Of a DNA stretch of 64,000 nt, positions 63,136 through 64,000 are shown one piece after another. The notes under the pieces are model-generated. The model did no database searches. It worked only from the letters and a program-made list of their open reading frames with translations, and was not told where the DNA came from. Within the stretch, counting starts at the first letter, position 1; each line of letters begins with the position of its first letter. Made by a program: the position numbers and the translations under genes. The stretch is taken from assembly GCF_011386835.1 (NCBI RefSeq), contig NC_088815.1, positions 8,432,001-8,496,000 on the forward strand. Direction: 5' to 3'. Origin of the DNA: Chrysemys picta bellii (lineage: Eukaryota).

Positions 63136-64000
63136 CTCTGAGATCATGGCCTCATTGTGCTTGGAGCTGTACAGAGACGTAGCGAGAGACAGTCCCTGCC
63201 CAAGAGACTAACTAGCAGAAGGGTAAATGACTTGCCCAAGAACGCACAGCAGGTCAGTGGCAGGATTAGAACCCAGCATGCCTAGCTCCCCAGTGCTCCA
63301 GCCACCCAGCCTCGATTTCCCCCTGCTGCTGTGACTGAGACACATCCAGTAAGAAAATTGAAGGGGGCCCCCCAGGTGAAATTTGGCTTGCAGGGTAGTT
63401 CATCTGCCCACCCAGAATAACCCTGGCCAGTCAGAGCTGCAGATGTTTGTCCCCTCCCCACCCACCGGGGAGCAAACAGCTGCCACTTTAACAGACTCGA
63501 TCTAATCCCTCCAGCCAGCCTCATTGTTGTGTTTGTTTTTCCTTAATTCCTATCGGCTCAATTTCTCTCTCTCTCCACCTCCAGCTGCCCTCGCCTTTAA
63601 TTCCCCCCTCCCTCCACTTTCCCTCTCTCCCCATCTCTCTCTTCTTTATTTACAGCCACCTTCTCTCCGGCGAGCAGAGCCCGTTTGCAATTTCACACCT
63701 CAGCTTGGGCTGGGCGCCGTGGAGCAGCCGGCCTGTCTAGCCGGAGACAACCAGGGGAGAGGGGCTGGAGAAGGCTAAAAAAGGAAGAGATTTAAACCTC
63801 CCCTCTGTGCATACCCGCAACTTTCTTTTGCCTGCTCAATTTCAGCTTCTTTGACCCCTCCCTCCCTTTTCCCTGGTCAGTTTCACTAGGCTCTGGGGGG
63901 AATTGAATCTATTGATGCTTCCCAAGGCGCTGCTCCCTAAGCATCAGGGATCTGGAGAAGGGGCATTTTCCCTCCTTCCCCCCTTTTCCTGTCGCAGAGG

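Noticed and set aside
55100-64000. Coding exons of SHD or another gene
   Set aside because: No SH2-like or other recognisable peptide in any frame; the CT-rich end (63500-64000) may be upstream of the next gene but cannot be supported

Overview
Eukaryotic vertebrate DNA, most likely a turtle. The species call is inferred from the repeat content (tRNA-headed SINEs with CR1 tails, an esterase-ORF1 CR1 LINE, Penelope-like fragments, hAT MITEs) and from the gene order. I resolved four spliced genes by hand, all with GT-AG boundaries and consistent exon phases. SIRT6 contributes its first two coding exons on the minus strand. ANKRD24 (+) has two alternative first coding exons and 18 shared exons, about 1063-1064 aa. 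EBI3 (+) has 6 coding exons, 310 aa, including an Ig domain absent from human EBI3. YJU2/CCDC94 (+) has 8 exons, 330 aa. The order matches the human 19p13.3 block; SHD would be expected next but no SHD exon is visible. Four observations stand out. (1) Four Penelope-like insertions with 10-12 bp target-site duplications carry minimal hammerhead-ribozyme motifs: one has a canonical core and lies sense in an isoform-specific ANKRD24 intron, one forms a perfect spacer-less 224-bp palindrome in YJU2 intron 3, and one has lost part of its core. (2) The three-domain EBI3 has an odd number of cysteines, leaving Cys31 apparently unpaired. (3) A probable non-coding EBI3 first exon lies about 6.6 kb upstream, which would put a near-full-length, multiply invaded CR1 inside EBI3 intron 1. 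(4) GC-rich minisatellites sit just downstream of three different first exons. Coordinates were counted manually; exon boundaries should be accurate, repeat boundaries are approximate.
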